A DNA stretch of 64,000 bases from Bacteroidota bacterium (GTDB lineage Bacteria > Bacteroidota > JABWAT01): NCBI GenBank assembly GCA_017303995.1, contig JAFLBE010000006.1:32737-96736 (forward strand), read 5' to 3'. The notes under the pieces are model-generated. The model worked only from the letters and a program-made list of their open reading frames with translations. It did no database searches and was not told where the DNA came from. Below are positions 49,516-59,375 of the stretch, in pieces (within the stretch, counting starts at the first letter, position 1; each line of letters opens with the position of its first letter). A program made the translations under genes and the position numbers.

Positions 49516-50576
49516 TTTGTATGTTTCGGACGAAGTTTTGAACCCTGAATTTCCTTCTCAGCTTCACTTTGAATTCCACCCCTGATGAGCGGATTATTAT
49601 TGATGCCTTCAAGGGTTTTTTGTGCAGTTGAAAGTGTTTGTTTTCCCTCACTGATTACGCCAGACAGTTCAGGTTGCTGCTCATTCAGAAAAACAAGCAA
49701 TTTTCCCATTTCTGTAAGCGAATAATTCAGGTTTTTAAGGGTTTCATTTATGGGTTTGATGAAATTCTCACCCTTCGGATCAGCAAGTTTTACCACCAAT
49801 CCGTTTGGGTTTGCATAGGCCGACATCAATGTATCTGATTTAATCAGGCTTTTATTGATTAGGGCAGTTGTCGTCTGAAGCTGTTCAGTCAGGTCTGCCA
49901 TATTGGTTAAGGCTCTGAAGATTGCACCGTCCTGAGGGTTTTCATCTTTATTGAATTTGTCAAAGGTTACACTGATCTGATCCATTGTTTTGTCAAGTTT
50001 TTCTGATGCATCAGCCAGGTTTACCAATGCTCTGAAAAGTGCACCAGATTTTTCATTATTATCCCGGTTGAGATTTTCAAGCAAACGGTCTGTATTCACG
50101 AGCATTGAAGAAATGACATCACCGGTTTTGATGACAAGACCTTCATCGAGTAAACGTCGCCCTTCAGGGATGTCGATGGATGGAATCAGCCCGCCTTCAG
50201 GCAAAATTTTCTGCGGGTCAGGACCTTGAAGCAATTCGATTGTACTGGTTCCCGATATGGGATTTTTTGCTTTATTGAGTCCGGAGTTTTCTACAATTTT
50301 AGTTCTGTATTCTTCAACAACAGTAAAATCAGCATCAATTGTGTTTTCTTCATTCAGCCTGAATTGGGTAATCCGTCCGATTTCGTATCCTTTAAACCGG
50401 ATAGGAGTTGAAGTTGACAGGCCTTCTGCATCCAGAAACCGGGCTTTAAAAACGTACTTTTTAACAAATACTTTTTGTTGTATGGTAATCAGAATCAGAC
50501 TTCCGATCAGCAATCCCAATGCAACCAGCATGAAAACGCCGACAATTTTGTTTGTATATTTAAATTTGAATTTCAT
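49512..50576 (-). CDS. mlaD: MlaD/MCE family protein
   Basis: N-terminal TM segment followed by an MCE domain (FKGYEIGRITQF). Confidence 0.75.
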   Translation of the reverse strand: MKFKFKYTNKIVGVFMLVALGLLIGSLILITIQQKVFVKKYVFKARFLDAEGLSTSTPIRFKGYEIGRITQFRLNEENTIDADFTVVEEYRTKIVENSGLNKAKNPISGTSTIELLQGPDPQKILPEGGLIPSIDIPEGRRLLDEGLVIKTGDVISSMLVNTDRLLENLNRDNNEKSGALFRALVNLADASEKLDKTMDQISVTFDKFNKDENPQDGAIFRALTNMADLTEQLQTTTALINKSLIKSDTLMSAYANPNGLVVKLADPKGENFIKPINETLKNLNYSLTEMGKLLVFLNEQQPELSGVISEGKQTLSTAQKTLEGINNNPLIRGGIQSEAEKEIQGSKLRPKHTK

Positions 50577-50683
50577 AGTTTAGTTTTTAAAAGACGAAAT
50601 ATGCCCGAACCCGATTAAAATTTGAAAAAATTACTCAGTATGACAATTTTTGATTCACCTGATTTTTAATTACTTCCCAGTGT

Positions 50684-50718
50684 CTTAACCCGTAATCTGT
50701 GATAAGTAACCTGTAACT
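50684..50718. repeat. Heptad tract (cttaacc cgtaatc tgtgata agtaacc tgtaact) between mlaF and mlaD
   Basis: Ends 4 nt before the mlaF stop codon position (50722). It matches 16517-16537 at 19/21 positions. Confidence 0.85.
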
Positions 50719-50721
50719 AAT

Positions 50722-51462
50722 TCAGTCAATGTGTAAAAGTTCTTTCGTTAAAGGGTTTTCAGATTTTCTGACCTGTTCCGGTGAACCTTCTTCTAATACT
50801 TTTCCATTTTGAAAAATCAGGACACGGTCACACCATTTTTCAAACCGGTCAAGACTTTGTGCCCCTACAATAATAGTGGTTTTTTGTGACTTCTGCTTTA
50901 CGAGTTCCTGGATGAGAAGGCGTGAAGAAGTTGGGTCTACTGATGCAAGCGGTTCATCAATCAGCAGGATCTCCGGACGGGTGAGCAGTGCCCTGATAAA
51001 CCCAGACAATTTTTTTTGTGCCTGTGACAGTTCAGCGGGTCGTTTTTCCATAATATCAGATAGGGAATACCGGTTGAGATACCCAGAAATGGCTTCCATT
51101 TTGTCGGATTTGGGAATTCCCGGAAAGTGAAAATCCAGCGGCAGCATCAGGTTTTCCCGAACCGTTAAGTTTGAAAGTAAAGCCCCATCCTGAAATACAA
51201 ATGACGTTTTCTGCCTGAGTTGTTTTTCCTCAGCTTCGGTCAGGTTTTCGGTATCAATTTCATCCAAAACAATTCGACCATCGTCAGGGAATAAAATTCC
51301 GCCAATGATTTTAAGTAAAATGGTTTTTCCTGATCCACTTCCACCTAAAATGACTGAAAAACTGCCTTTTTCAAAGTTCAAGGTCAGGTCTTGAATCAAT
51401 GCCCTTCCGTTGTGTGAAAAAGTTATATTTTCGAGAAATAGATGTGAGTTGTCAAAGGACAT
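50722..51462 (-). CDS. mlaF: ABC transporter ATP-binding protein (MlaF-like)
   Basis: Walker A GGSGSGKT, signature LSQAQKK and Walker B LLIDEP. Confidence 0.8.
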   Translation of the reverse strand: MSFDNSHLFLENITFSHNGRALIQDLTLNFEKGSFSVILGGSGSGKTILLKIIGGILFPDDGRIVLDEIDTENLTEAEEKQLRQKTSFVFQDGALLSNLTVRENLMLPLDFHFPGIPKSDKMEAISGYLNRYSLSDIMEKRPAELSQAQKKLSGFIRALLTRPEILLIDEPLASVDPTSSRLLIQELVKQKSQKTTIIVGAQSLDRFEKWCDRVLIFQNGKVLEEGSPEQVRKSENPLTKELLHID

Positions 51463-52243
51463 AAAACACCATCGTGATTAAAATGTCGAGAATGATAACC
51501 CAAGTGAGTGATTGTACCACCGATTTTATCGTGCGCTGAGGGACTTCAGTGGTTGCAAAGGCAACTTTCATCCCCTGATAACAAGCAATTGTGCCAACTG
51601 CAAAACCAAAGACAATGCTTTTGGTAAAGCTTGAAAAAATATCAACGACAGCAAGCTCATTTAAAAGACGGAAAAAGAAATCCTCAAGCCCGATCGGAAA
51701 GAAAAAGTAAGAAACGGCCCATCCGCCAAGCAGACCGGCAACCGTAAAGTAAATAGTGAGCGTAAACATGGCGGCAACAACACCAAAAACCCGGGGAACA
51801 ACCAGGTAGGAAATGGGTGAAATTCCGATGGATTGAAGGGCTTCAATTTCATGGTTCACAACCATGTTACCAAGTTCAGTTGAAATAGCAGTTCCAGATC
51901 GTGCAATAATGATAAAAGCAACCAGTAAACTTGAAAGTTCCCTTACGATTACAGTTACCAAAATCACATAAAGTAACTGGCCTGAACCAAAATCACCCAG
52001 CATGAGGTGGCCTTCAATGATGATAATTCCACCGATTGCAGCCGCTATTAGCGAAATCAAAGTCAATGCTTCAAATCCGGTAAAAAGAATCTGGCGCATA
52101 AGCACCAGTGTCGCAACCTGACTTTGCCGGGAAAATAAAAACATCTGACGAATAGCTTCACCGAAAAACTGGAGAAATTCCCGGGTACCGGCTGCTTTTT
52201 CAAGCAGATTATCGCCAATACTTTCAGCAATTCTAGCCGGCAT
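51452..52243 (-). CDS. mlaE: ABC transporter permease (MlaE-like)
   Basis: 263-aa polytopic protein upstream of and overlapping mlaF, with MlaE-like length and topology. Confidence 0.75.
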   Translation of the reverse strand: MPARIAESIGDNLLEKAAGTREFLQFFGEAIRQMFLFSRQSQVATLVLMRQILFTGFEALTLISLIAAAIGGIIIIEGHLMLGDFGSGQLLYVILVTVIVRELSSLLVAFIIIARSGTAISTELGNMVVNHEIEALQSIGISPISYLVVPRVFGVVAAMFTLTIYFTVAGLLGGWAVSYFFFPIGLEDFFFRLLNELAVVDIFSSFTKSIVFGFAVGTIACYQGMKVAFATTEVPQRTIKSVVQSLTWVIILDILITMVFYVL

Positions 52244-52357
52244 TTTGATTTCCCTTTCTCAACTTACTATAAAAATAAGCATTCCGCTGTTATTTGAACA
52301 CGCCTCGTCTTTATTTTTGTAGGGTATTTGTAAAAATTGCTTAAATAAGGAGTGGTT

Positions 52358-53119
52358 ATGCGGTTGATTTCATGGAATGTAAACGGAATTCGGGCAGTTC
52401 AGAAAAAAGGATTCATTGATTGGGTGACGAAAACCAATCCGGATATTCTGGGACTTCAGGAAACCAAAGCACATCCCGATCAGCTCGATGAAACCTTATT
52501 GCAAATTCCCGGTTACCAGGTTTATTTTGATTCCGCTGAAAAAAAAGGCTATTCAGGAACAGCAGTTTATACCAAAATTCAACCGGAATCTGTTTCTTAT
52601 GGTCTCGGAAATCCAAAATTTGACACTGAAGGAAGAACTGTTCGCTTGGACTTCAAGGATTTCACCTTCTTCAATATTTATTTCCCGAATGGTGGTCGTG
52701 GCGATGACCGGGTTCAGCACAAACTGGAATTTTATGATGAGTTTTTGAGGATAAGTGAAGATCTGAGAAAACAGGGACGGGCTGTAATTGCCTGCGGTGA
52801 TTATAACACTGCTCATAAGGAAATTGATCTTGCCCGCCCGAAGGAAAATGTGAAAACATCTGGCTTCATGCCCATTGAAAGAGCCTGGCTCGATAAATAT
52901 GTTTCTTTGGGATATATCGACACCTTTCGCGAATTTGATCAGTCACCCGGAAAATATTCCTGGTGGGATCAGCGGTTCAACAGTCGTGAACGGAACACTG
53001 GCTGGCGGATTGATTACTTTTTTATTACCCCCGACCTCAAGTCAAGATTAAAAAATGGATTTATCTGGTCTGACGTTATGGGTTCAGATCACTGTCCGGT
53101 GGGAATTGATATAGATTAG
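52358..53119 (+). CDS. xth: Exodeoxyribonuclease III
   Basis: MRLISWNVNGIRA...LQETK...GDYN...SDHCPV. An aaggag lies 5 nt upstream of the ATG at 52358. Confidence 0.9.
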   Translation: MRLISWNVNGIRAVQKKGFIDWVTKTNPDILGLQETKAHPDQLDETLLQIPGYQVYFDSAEKKGYSGTAVYTKIQPESVSYGLGNPKFDTEGRTVRLDFKDFTFFNIYFPNGGRGDDRVQHKLEFYDEFLRISEDLRKQGRAVIACGDYNTAHKEIDLARPKENVKTSGFMPIERAWLDKYVSLGYIDTFREFDQSPGKYSWWDQRFNSRERNTGWRIDYFFITPDLKSRLKNGFIWSDVMGSDHCPVGIDID

Positions 53120-53162
53120 AAAACAGTGGTAAGTGATAGCAATATTATTTGGTAAAAACCTT

Positions 53163-54092
53163 TTACTTACCACGTGTTACTTTTTCTGCCCTTTTCCGTT
53201 CATCAAATTCTGTCCAGATGAAGAAAAGTGCAATTTCTGCATATTTTCCCCAGATTTTAAGTATTGCTGCAAATTCATCGTCAGAGAATGGCGGTACCTC
53301 ATAGACCGAAGCCAGCACTTTTCTAAAATTGTTGTCAATCGGGACTTCTGCCTCCATCCTTCCGAACCCAAACGGAACCGCAAATGCCGACGTGTATTTA
53401 CCGATACCTTTTATTGACAACAGATTCGTAATTAATTCTGTGTCTGTTAGTGATTCCCAGTCAGAGAAAATAATTTCTTTTTTTGCAAGTCGTTCTGAAA
53501 GACCGCCCAAATAGTCAATTTTCTGGCGGCTGAGTGAAAGCTCCTTCAGTTCTGGTTGCGTGGCTTTTGCAAATTCATCAGGTCTCGGAAAACAAAGAAA
53601 ATCCATATTCTGCCAATCAACCCGGGTTCCATATTTTTCCATGAGATTTTCAATGATTCGCTTGGCAAGCCGGTCGCTGACCTGACTTGAAATAATGCTG
53701 AATGCAATACATTCCCAGGGTGACGGAAATATCACAGGATGGAATCCTTTTCTTTTTTCAAGCAGCGCCTGCAACTTTGGGTCAGCGACTTCCGTAAGAA
53801 CCCTCCTGAGATCGTAATTCATTGAAAATTGTCGACTTACAGCAGTTATTACTTCCCCGGTTTGACTGTCTGAAAGTCTATCAGGAATATCAAGTTGTAA
53901 TTCCGGTTTTTCAATATCCCCATTCCATGTGAGTGCAAAAGCAGTCGAAAACGTGTCAAGTGACAACGATTGGAAGTAGGTTATTCCCGTCCAGGCATGA
54001 AAATAAGTCCTTGGCCAGGATTCAATCTGACTGATGGAATGGCGGAAATCAAAAGGTGGCGTTGGTGTGATCCGAATGGATTTCATGGTCAA
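53163..54092 (-). CDS. HhH-GPD family DNA glycosylase (AlkA-like 3-methyladenine glycosylase II)
   Basis: HhH motif LLSIKGIGKYTSAF followed by a conserved Asp (PIDNN). The length and N-terminal domain are AlkA-like. Confidence 0.65.
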   Translation of the reverse strand: MTMKSIRITPTPPFDFRHSISQIESWPRTYFHAWTGITYFQSLSLDTFSTAFALTWNGDIEKPELQLDIPDRLSDSQTGEVITAVSRQFSMNYDLRRVLTEVADPKLQALLEKRKGFHPVIFPSPWECIAFSIISSQVSDRLAKRIIENLMEKYGTRVDWQNMDFLCFPRPDEFAKATQPELKELSLSRQKIDYLGGLSERLAKKEIIFSDWESLTDTELITNLLSIKGIGKYTSAFAVPFGFGRMEAEVPIDNNFRKVLASVYEVPPFSDDEFAAILKIWGKYAEIALFFIWTEFDERKRAEKVTRGK

Positions 54093-54130
54093 TCTTCAAT
54101 TCTAAATAAAACAAAAATAAAGGTAACAAT

Positions 54131-55459
54131 ATGCAAAAAGTGATATTGTCAGTATGTTCTTTTGTCCTTTTTTCCGGATTGGCTTTTTCAGCAGGGAAAA
54201 CAGACATCAAGACTAAAAATCAGGTTCAGAAAGCCAAATCGCAATTTGGTGTGACGTTTCCCGGAATTTTTCCGTCAGACTTAAAAAAGCCAGGTTTAAA
54301 ATCACGTGCCAGTTATAGTTTCGATCTGGGTGAATGGGTTGGTATTGAAAAATGGAGTTACGAAGTTGATGATCAGGATTCTGTTTCCAGAGAAATCTTC
54401 TGGTCATGGGAAAATGGAAATTGGGAGGAAGGTTACCAGGAACGTTTTATACGTGAAGAAGGAAAACTGGTAAGAAAGGATGTTTACTGGAATTTTCTGG
54501 GTGGCAACTACACGAAAGTTGGTGAGTCGATTTATTTATATGAAAACGGATTATTAAAAGGGATAAAAAATTATCAGGGTTCATCTGAATCAAATGTTCT
54601 GAATCAGGAAACCACCTTTGAATACAATCAGTTAAACCAACTTATTGCTGAACAAAATTTACATTTTTATAATGATGGACAGTCAAGTTTAACAGTTAAG
54701 CGATTTGGTTATGATTCGAACGGATTTCAAAATGCCCGTTCATTTTCAACTTTTGAAAATAATGTTTGGTCAGGCGTCGATAGCACATTTCTGATTTTAA
54801 ATGAAAGCGGAAATCCCCTTGAAGTTATTAATTATTATGGGTTTATTGATTCACTGGCATGGCAAATCTATTACAAAACCAAATGGTATTACAGTCCGGA
54901 AGGTGTGGTTGATTCAACTCAATTGTTTTATTGGGGAACATTTGAAAACCACTGGGATTATACAAGTTCTGATTTATACAGCTATAATGACGGACTTTTA
55001 AGCACAATCAATACAAAACGAAATGATTTTGGTAAAATTGAAACGGTTGAGCAAAAATCTTACCAATACCAGAATGGAAATCTGGTATCTATGTTAACCG
55101 AGACAATTGATTTTGAGTCAAAAACACTTAAGCCCTGGTTGAAAGAGGACTATGAGTGGCATACACCAACTTCAGTTGAACAATCAAAGCAGCCTGAAGA
55201 TTTTTTACTGGGTCAAAACTACCCGAATCCGTTTAACCCGGAAACAACTTTTTCATACAGGATAGCATCACCAGCTGAAGTTGAAATTATGGTGTTTGAT
55301 TTATCGGGAAAAGAAGTACTGAGTCAGAATCGTGGATTTCAAAATTCCGGAACCTATATGTTTTCTGTAAATGGTTCATCACTTTCATCAGGAATTTACC
55401 TTTATAAGGTAAAGGCAGGAAATCAGGTTCAAACAAAGAAAATGGTTCTGATGAAATAA
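54131..55459 (+). CDS. Secreted protein with a T9SS C-terminal sorting domain
   Basis: Signal peptide. The C-terminus reads NYPNPFNPETTFSY...GIYLYKVKAGNQVQTKKMVLMK. Confidence 0.75.
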   Translation: MQKVILSVCSFVLFSGLAFSAGKTDIKTKNQVQKAKSQFGVTFPGIFPSDLKKPGLKSRASYSFDLGEWVGIEKWSYEVDDQDSVSREIFWSWENGNWEEGYQERFIREEGKLVRKDVYWNFLGGNYTKVGESIYLYENGLLKGIKNYQGSSESNVLNQETTFEYNQLNQLIAEQNLHFYNDGQSSLTVKRFGYDSNGFQNARSFSTFENNVWSGVDSTFLILNESGNPLEVINYYGFIDSLAWQIYYKTKWYYSPEGVVDSTQLFYWGTFENHWDYTSSDLYSYNDGLLSTINTKRNDFGKIETVEQKSYQYQNGNLVSMLTETIDFESKTLKPWLKEDYEWHTPTSVEQSKQPEDFLLGQNYPNPFNPETTFSYRIASPAEVEIMVFDLSGKEVLSQNRGFQNSGTYMFSVNGSSLSSGIYLYKVKAGNQVQTKKMVLMK

Positions 55460-55469
55460 ATTCAAATAC

Positions 55470-55677
55470 CTTTTTCCCGCGCCCAAGTAAGGATACTTGC
55501 CGGGTTAAAAGATTTCGCAAAAGCTCTTTTCACCACAGAAGATACAGAATGAACAGAAAGGGAAATGAATTCGGGTTTAAACGGTTGAATTTAATTTTCC
55601 GTGATTTCAGTTATTTCTGTGGTAAAATGGTTTTCTTTCCGGCTGGACTTCTGACGCGCTTGGGAGCGGGAGAAAAG
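55470..55677. repeat. Nested inverted-repeat element of about 208 bp
   Basis: The outer inverted repeat is tttttcccgcgcccaagt (55470-55487) against cttgggagcgggagaaaag (55659-55677), matching at about 17/19. The inner inverted repeat is caccacagaa (55531) against ttctgtggta (55614-55623). Confidence 0.7.
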
Positions 55678-55706
55678 TATTGTATTTGAAAACCCGGGAT
55701 AAAAAC

Positions 55707-55737
55707 AAAACTGCAGGTCAGGAAAACCTGCAGTTTT
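55707..55737. terminator. Bidirectional rho-independent terminator downstream of ychF
   Basis: Sequence is aaaa ctgcagg tcaggaaaa cctgcag tttt. Confidence 0.75.
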
Positions 55738-55749
55738 AAAATTCAATTC

Positions 55750-56844
55750 TTAAACATTAAACCTGAAGTGCATCACATCGCCATCCTGGACAACGTAATC
55801 TTTTCCTTCAACTTTAAGCAGACCAGCTTCTTTTACCGCTGCTTCAGATTTCAGGCGAACGATATCGTCATATTTCTGAACTTCAGCACGGATAAATCCT
55901 TTTTCAAAATCGGTGTGGATGACACCGGCTGCCTGTGGAGCTTTATCGCCTTTGTGAATCGTCCAGGCACGGACTTCAATTTTTCCGGCTGTGAAGTAGG
56001 TCATCAACCCGAGCATATCAAATCCGATGGTGATGATCTGGTCGAGTCCGGATTTATCAAGTCCTAATCCGGCAAGAAAATCCTTTCTTTCTTCCATAGG
56101 AAGTTCGGCAATTTCAGCTTCGATGGCAGCAGAAATGGTGACGATTCTTGCACCTTCTGCGTCAGCGATTTCCTTTACCAGTTTCACGTAATTATTTCCG
56201 GTGAGAATATCCTTTTCAGCAACGTTTGCAACATAAAGAACCGGTTTATCGGTCAGGAAAAAACAATCGGAAAACACTTCTTTTTGTTCAGGAGTTGCCG
56301 GGAAGGTTCTGACGGGCTTTCCCTGACCGAAGTGATCATTCAGAGCCATCAGCAAATCAGTGTCTTCTTTTGCTTTTTTATCGCCGGATTTCAATCCGCG
56401 TGCTGTTCGCTGAAGTTTTTTCTCAAGGGTATCGAGATCCTTGAAAATCAGTTCCGTTTCAATCACTTCAATATCTCGTTTCGGATTGACGGATCCGTCG
56501 ACGTGGATGACGTTATCATCATCAAAACAACGCACGACGTGCAGAATGGCATCACATTCCCGGATGTTGGAAAGAAATTGATTTCCCAATCCTTCACCCT
56601 TTGAAGCACCTTTGACGAGACCGGCGATGTCAACAAATTCAACTGCAGCGGGAATAACTTTATCCGTTCCGACGATTTCTTTTAAAACCCAAAGGCGTGC
56701 ATCAGGAACGTCAACAACACCAACGTTAGGTTCGATGGTACAAAACGGGAAGTTGGCAGCCTGCGCGCCGGCTGAAGTAATTGCATTAAAAAGAGTGGAC
56801 TTGCCCACATTTGGGAGCCCGACAATACCAATTCTAAGACCCAT
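55750..56844 (-). CDS. ychF: Ribosome-binding ATPase YchF
   Basis: [21 protein letters not shown]...[10 protein letters not shown], about 364 aa, with a TGS-like C-terminus. Confidence 0.9.
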   Translation of the reverse strand: MGLRIGIVGLPNVGKSTLFNAITSAGAQAANFPFCTIEPNVGVVDVPDARLWVLKEIVGTDKVIPAAVEFVDIAGLVKGASKGEGLGNQFLSNIRECDAILHVVRCFDDDNVIHVDGSVNPKRDIEVIETELIFKDLDTLEKKLQRTARGLKSGDKKAKEDTDLLMALNDHFGQGKPVRTFPATPEQKEVFSDCFFLTDKPVLYVANVAEKDILTGNNYVKLVKEIADAEGARIVTISAAIEAEIAELPMEERKDFLAGLGLDKSGLDQIITIGFDMLGLMTYFTAGKIEVRAWTIHKGDKAPQAAGVIHTDFEKGFIRAEVQKYDDIVRLKSEAAVKEAGLLKVEGKDYVVQDGDVMHFRFNV

Positions 56845-56974
56845 GATTTTCCTTATATGTTATAATTTCGATTTTACCGCAGAGGCACACCCAAGCAACT
56901 TCGTTGCGCGGGTCTAATGAGAGGATGCAGAGTTTTAAATGCTTTTTTAGGGTAATGGGAGCAAGAAAAGAGTG

Positions 56975-57625
56975 TTATTTTCCAACTCTCAGTTCGTTTC
57001 CGATTTCGTTTGTGTCGTCAGATTTGATTGCAACACCGGCTGTTTCGAGTATTTCACCACATTTTTCTATGGCTAAAATAATTCCATCGGCAGCTTTCCC
57101 TGATTTGATTCCATTTACAACCAGATTTGCAACTTCCGTCCAGACTTCCGGTTTCACTTTGGCGTTGATGCCAGAGTCGCCGATAACGAGAACACGATGT
57201 TCGAGGGAAGAAATGAAAATCAGAATGCCGGTTCGGTCACGGGTTGCGAAAACTTCTTCTGAAACAAAGGCTTCTGCAGCACGGGAAGTAATGCGGTCCT
57301 GAATGGATTTTCTTCCGGCAGCGAAACGTAAAACCGGATCTATTTTAACCAGCAGGAAACAAAGCAGAATAGATCCTCCGGTGATGGCAGTCAGTATTTC
57401 GAAGATTCCAACCGGGAACCACCAACCTGAATATTCAAAAATAAATGCCGTCAGGAGCAAAGAAAAAATCAGGGTAAACCCTAAAAGTTTCCAAAAGGCA
57501 TCGACATACGAATCACTTGCCTCAACAAAATAGGGGACAATTTCTCCGGATGTTTTCTTTTCTGCGGCCGTGACGGCAGTTTCAATCCGTTTTAAATCTG
57601 ATTCTGAAAATAGTGACTTTGACAT
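56975..57625 (-). CDS. TPM (TLP18.3/Psb32/MOLO-1) domain membrane protein
   Basis: SGEIVPYFV...GILIFISSLEHRVLVIGDSGI with central TM helices. Confidence 0.65.
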   Translation of the reverse strand: MSKSLFSESDLKRIETAVTAAEKKTSGEIVPYFVEASDSYVDAFWKLLGFTLIFSLLLTAFIFEYSGWWFPVGIFEILTAITGGSILLCFLLVKIDPVLRFAAGRKSIQDRITSRAAEAFVSEEVFATRDRTGILIFISSLEHRVLVIGDSGINAKVKPEVWTEVANLVVNGIKSGKAADGIILAIEKCGEILETAGVAIKSDDTNEIGNELRVGK

Positions 57626-57634
57626 AAAGGCTCC

Positions 57635-58675
57635 TTATTCCGGTTCCTGCTGACTTAAACAGTGAAAACTTCCCAATCCCCAGATAATGTCAACGGAATC
57701 GAGTCCGATAACCTTCCGGTCTTTAAAAACTGAGGACAAAATATCCAGGGCCTGATCGTCCTGTTTACATCGGTAAGTCGGAACGATGACGGCAGAATTG
57801 GCGATGTAAAAATTGGCGTAGGATGCGGGCAATCTCTGATCTTCAAAAATAATCGAATCCGGCATGGGGAGTTCGACCACATTCATTTGTTTTCCGGATT
57901 CCAATCGCATTTTATTCAGTTCTTTCAGGTTGTCCTGAAGAATGTCATAATTCTCATCTTTTTTGTTGGATTCAATAACGGTAACGACGGTATCATGATT
58001 TACGAATCGGGTCAGGTCGTCGATGTGTCCGTCTGTATCATCGCCCACAATGCCGTCACCCAGCCAGAGAATGTGATCAACAGCGTAATAATCCCGCAGA
58101 AATCCTTCAATTTCATCCTGATTCAGATGCGGATTCCGGTTCGGATTAAGCAAACAAGCAGAAGTGGTCAGTAAAGTTCCTTTTCCGTTAAATTCGACGG
58201 AACCGCCCTCCATGACGATGCCGGGCTTGAAAACCGGGTATCCGAATTTTCGTCCGATTAAAGTAGGAATGATATCATCCAGATCGTAAGGCGGATATTT
58301 ATCACCCCAGGCGTTGTAATCCCAGTCAATGACGATTTTAGGTTCAGGTGCGGAAGGATTCACCAGAAAAGCCGGACCATGATCCCGGCACCATGCATCA
58401 TTCGTCGGGAAGGGGTAAAATTCAACTTTCGAAAGATCAGTTCCATTGGCAGAAAGGTACTTCAAAGCGTGATTTTTCATGGCGTCATCAGCCACGTTGA
58501 TGCAAACCCGTTCACCGGTTGCGAGTATTTTGATAAAGTCAGCATAAACCGGATAAATCGTATCGATCTTCCCCGGCCAGGATGCTTCTTTGTGCGGCCA
58601 GGAGAGCCAGGTTGCAGAGTGACGTTCCCATTCAGCAGGGAACCGGTAGCCAAGAGATTTCGGAGATGTATTCAT
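57635..58675 (-). CDS. aguA: Agmatine deiminase
   Basis: YRFPAEWERHSATWLSWPH...WCRDHGP...C-terminal GSFHCLSQQ (catalytic Cys context). Confidence 0.85.
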   Translation of the reverse strand: MNTSPKSLGYRFPAEWERHSATWLSWPHKEASWPGKIDTIYPVYADFIKILATGERVCINVADDAMKNHALKYLSANGTDLSKVEFYPFPTNDAWCRDHGPAFLVNPSAPEPKIVIDWDYNAWGDKYPPYDLDDIIPTLIGRKFGYPVFKPGIVMEGGSVEFNGKGTLLTTSACLLNPNRNPHLNQDEIEGFLRDYYAVDHILWLGDGIVGDDTDGHIDDLTRFVNHDTVVTVIESNKKDENYDILQDNLKELNKMRLESGKQMNVVELPMPDSIIFEDQRLPASYANFYIANSAVIVPTYRCKQDDQALDILSSVFKDRKVIGLDSVDIIWGLGSFHCLSQQEPE

Positions 58676-58683
58676 TTTTTATT

Positions 58684-58727
58684 CACCGCAGAGGCGCTGA
58701 GAGCGCAGAGAAAAACACAGAGAAATT
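58684..58727. repeat. Left inverted repeat of the GxxExxY cassette (caccgcagaggcgctgagagcgcagagaa plus acacagagaaatt)
   Basis: 24 of 29 positions match the reverse complement of 59282-59310. Confidence 0.8.
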
Positions 58728-58795
58728 CGTTTTATAGTTAAATTCAAAGACAAAAACTTGAGGCAGATTTTTAATAAAATTGTGTTTTAGTATAA

Positions 58796-59188
58796 TCAAA
58801 AATTATTGACAAGTCGTTTTATTCCGGATTTCAAAACCGGAACATTGAAATTGATTATAAGCCCAAGTTTTTTATTTGCAAGGCGTAAATAGGTAATTAA
58901 CTGAGCATCGAAAATGGGAATCAGGTTTTCAACTGATTTCAACTCAAGAATGATTTTATCTTCAACCAGAAAATCCATATAAAAATCTTTGCCCGTTGGA
59001 ATTCCTTTGTAAATCACAGGAATTGGAACCTGGGTTTTATATTGAATCTGGTTTAATTCAAATTCCTTTTCAAGACAAACCTGATAAACAGATTCCAAAA
59101 GTCCGGGTCCTACCTGTTTATGTACTTCGATGCAGGAATTAATGATTTTTCCTGAAAGTTGATTATAGTAATCCTGATCAAACTGCAT
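58796..59188 (-). CDS. GxxExxY family protein (PD-(D/E)XK nuclease-like)
   Basis: 130 aa with the GPGLLESVY signature, plus DFLVEDKIILELK (the D...E.K nuclease-like motif). Confidence 0.8.
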   Translation of the reverse strand: MQFDQDYYNQLSGKIINSCIEVHKQVGPGLLESVYQVCLEKEFELNQIQYKTQVPIPVIYKGIPTGKDFYMDFLVEDKIILELKSVENLIPIFDAQLITYLRLANKKLGLIINFNVPVLKSGIKRLVNNF

Positions 59189-59204
59189 TTACTATTCTAA
59201 ATAA

Positions 59205-59372
59205 TATATTTAATAAGTTGTATTTTCTCTACATTCACAGCGTCTCAGCGGTCGAATTTAATCAATAAATTGTATTTGAAATTCTCTGCGTTCCCAGCGT
59301 CTCAGCGGTCGAATTTAATCAATAAATTGTATTTGAAATTCTCTGCGTTCCCAGCGTCTCAGCGGTCGAATT
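59205..59372 (+). repeat. 57-bp tandem repeat, about 3 copies (ttctctgcgttcccagcgtctcagcggtcgaatttaatcaataaattgtatttgaaa)
   Basis: ctct anchors lie at 59227, 59284 and 59341, an exact 57-nt period. Copies 2 and 3 are identical over 34 nt. The array ends 3 nt before the aguB stop. Confidence 0.9.
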
Positions 59373-59375
59373 ACG

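Noticed and set aside
59205-59372. Possible CRISPR array (regular repeats)
   Set aside because: The whole 57-nt period is repeated, including what would be the spacer. There are only about 3 units and no cas genes in the window. It is a plain tandem repeat.
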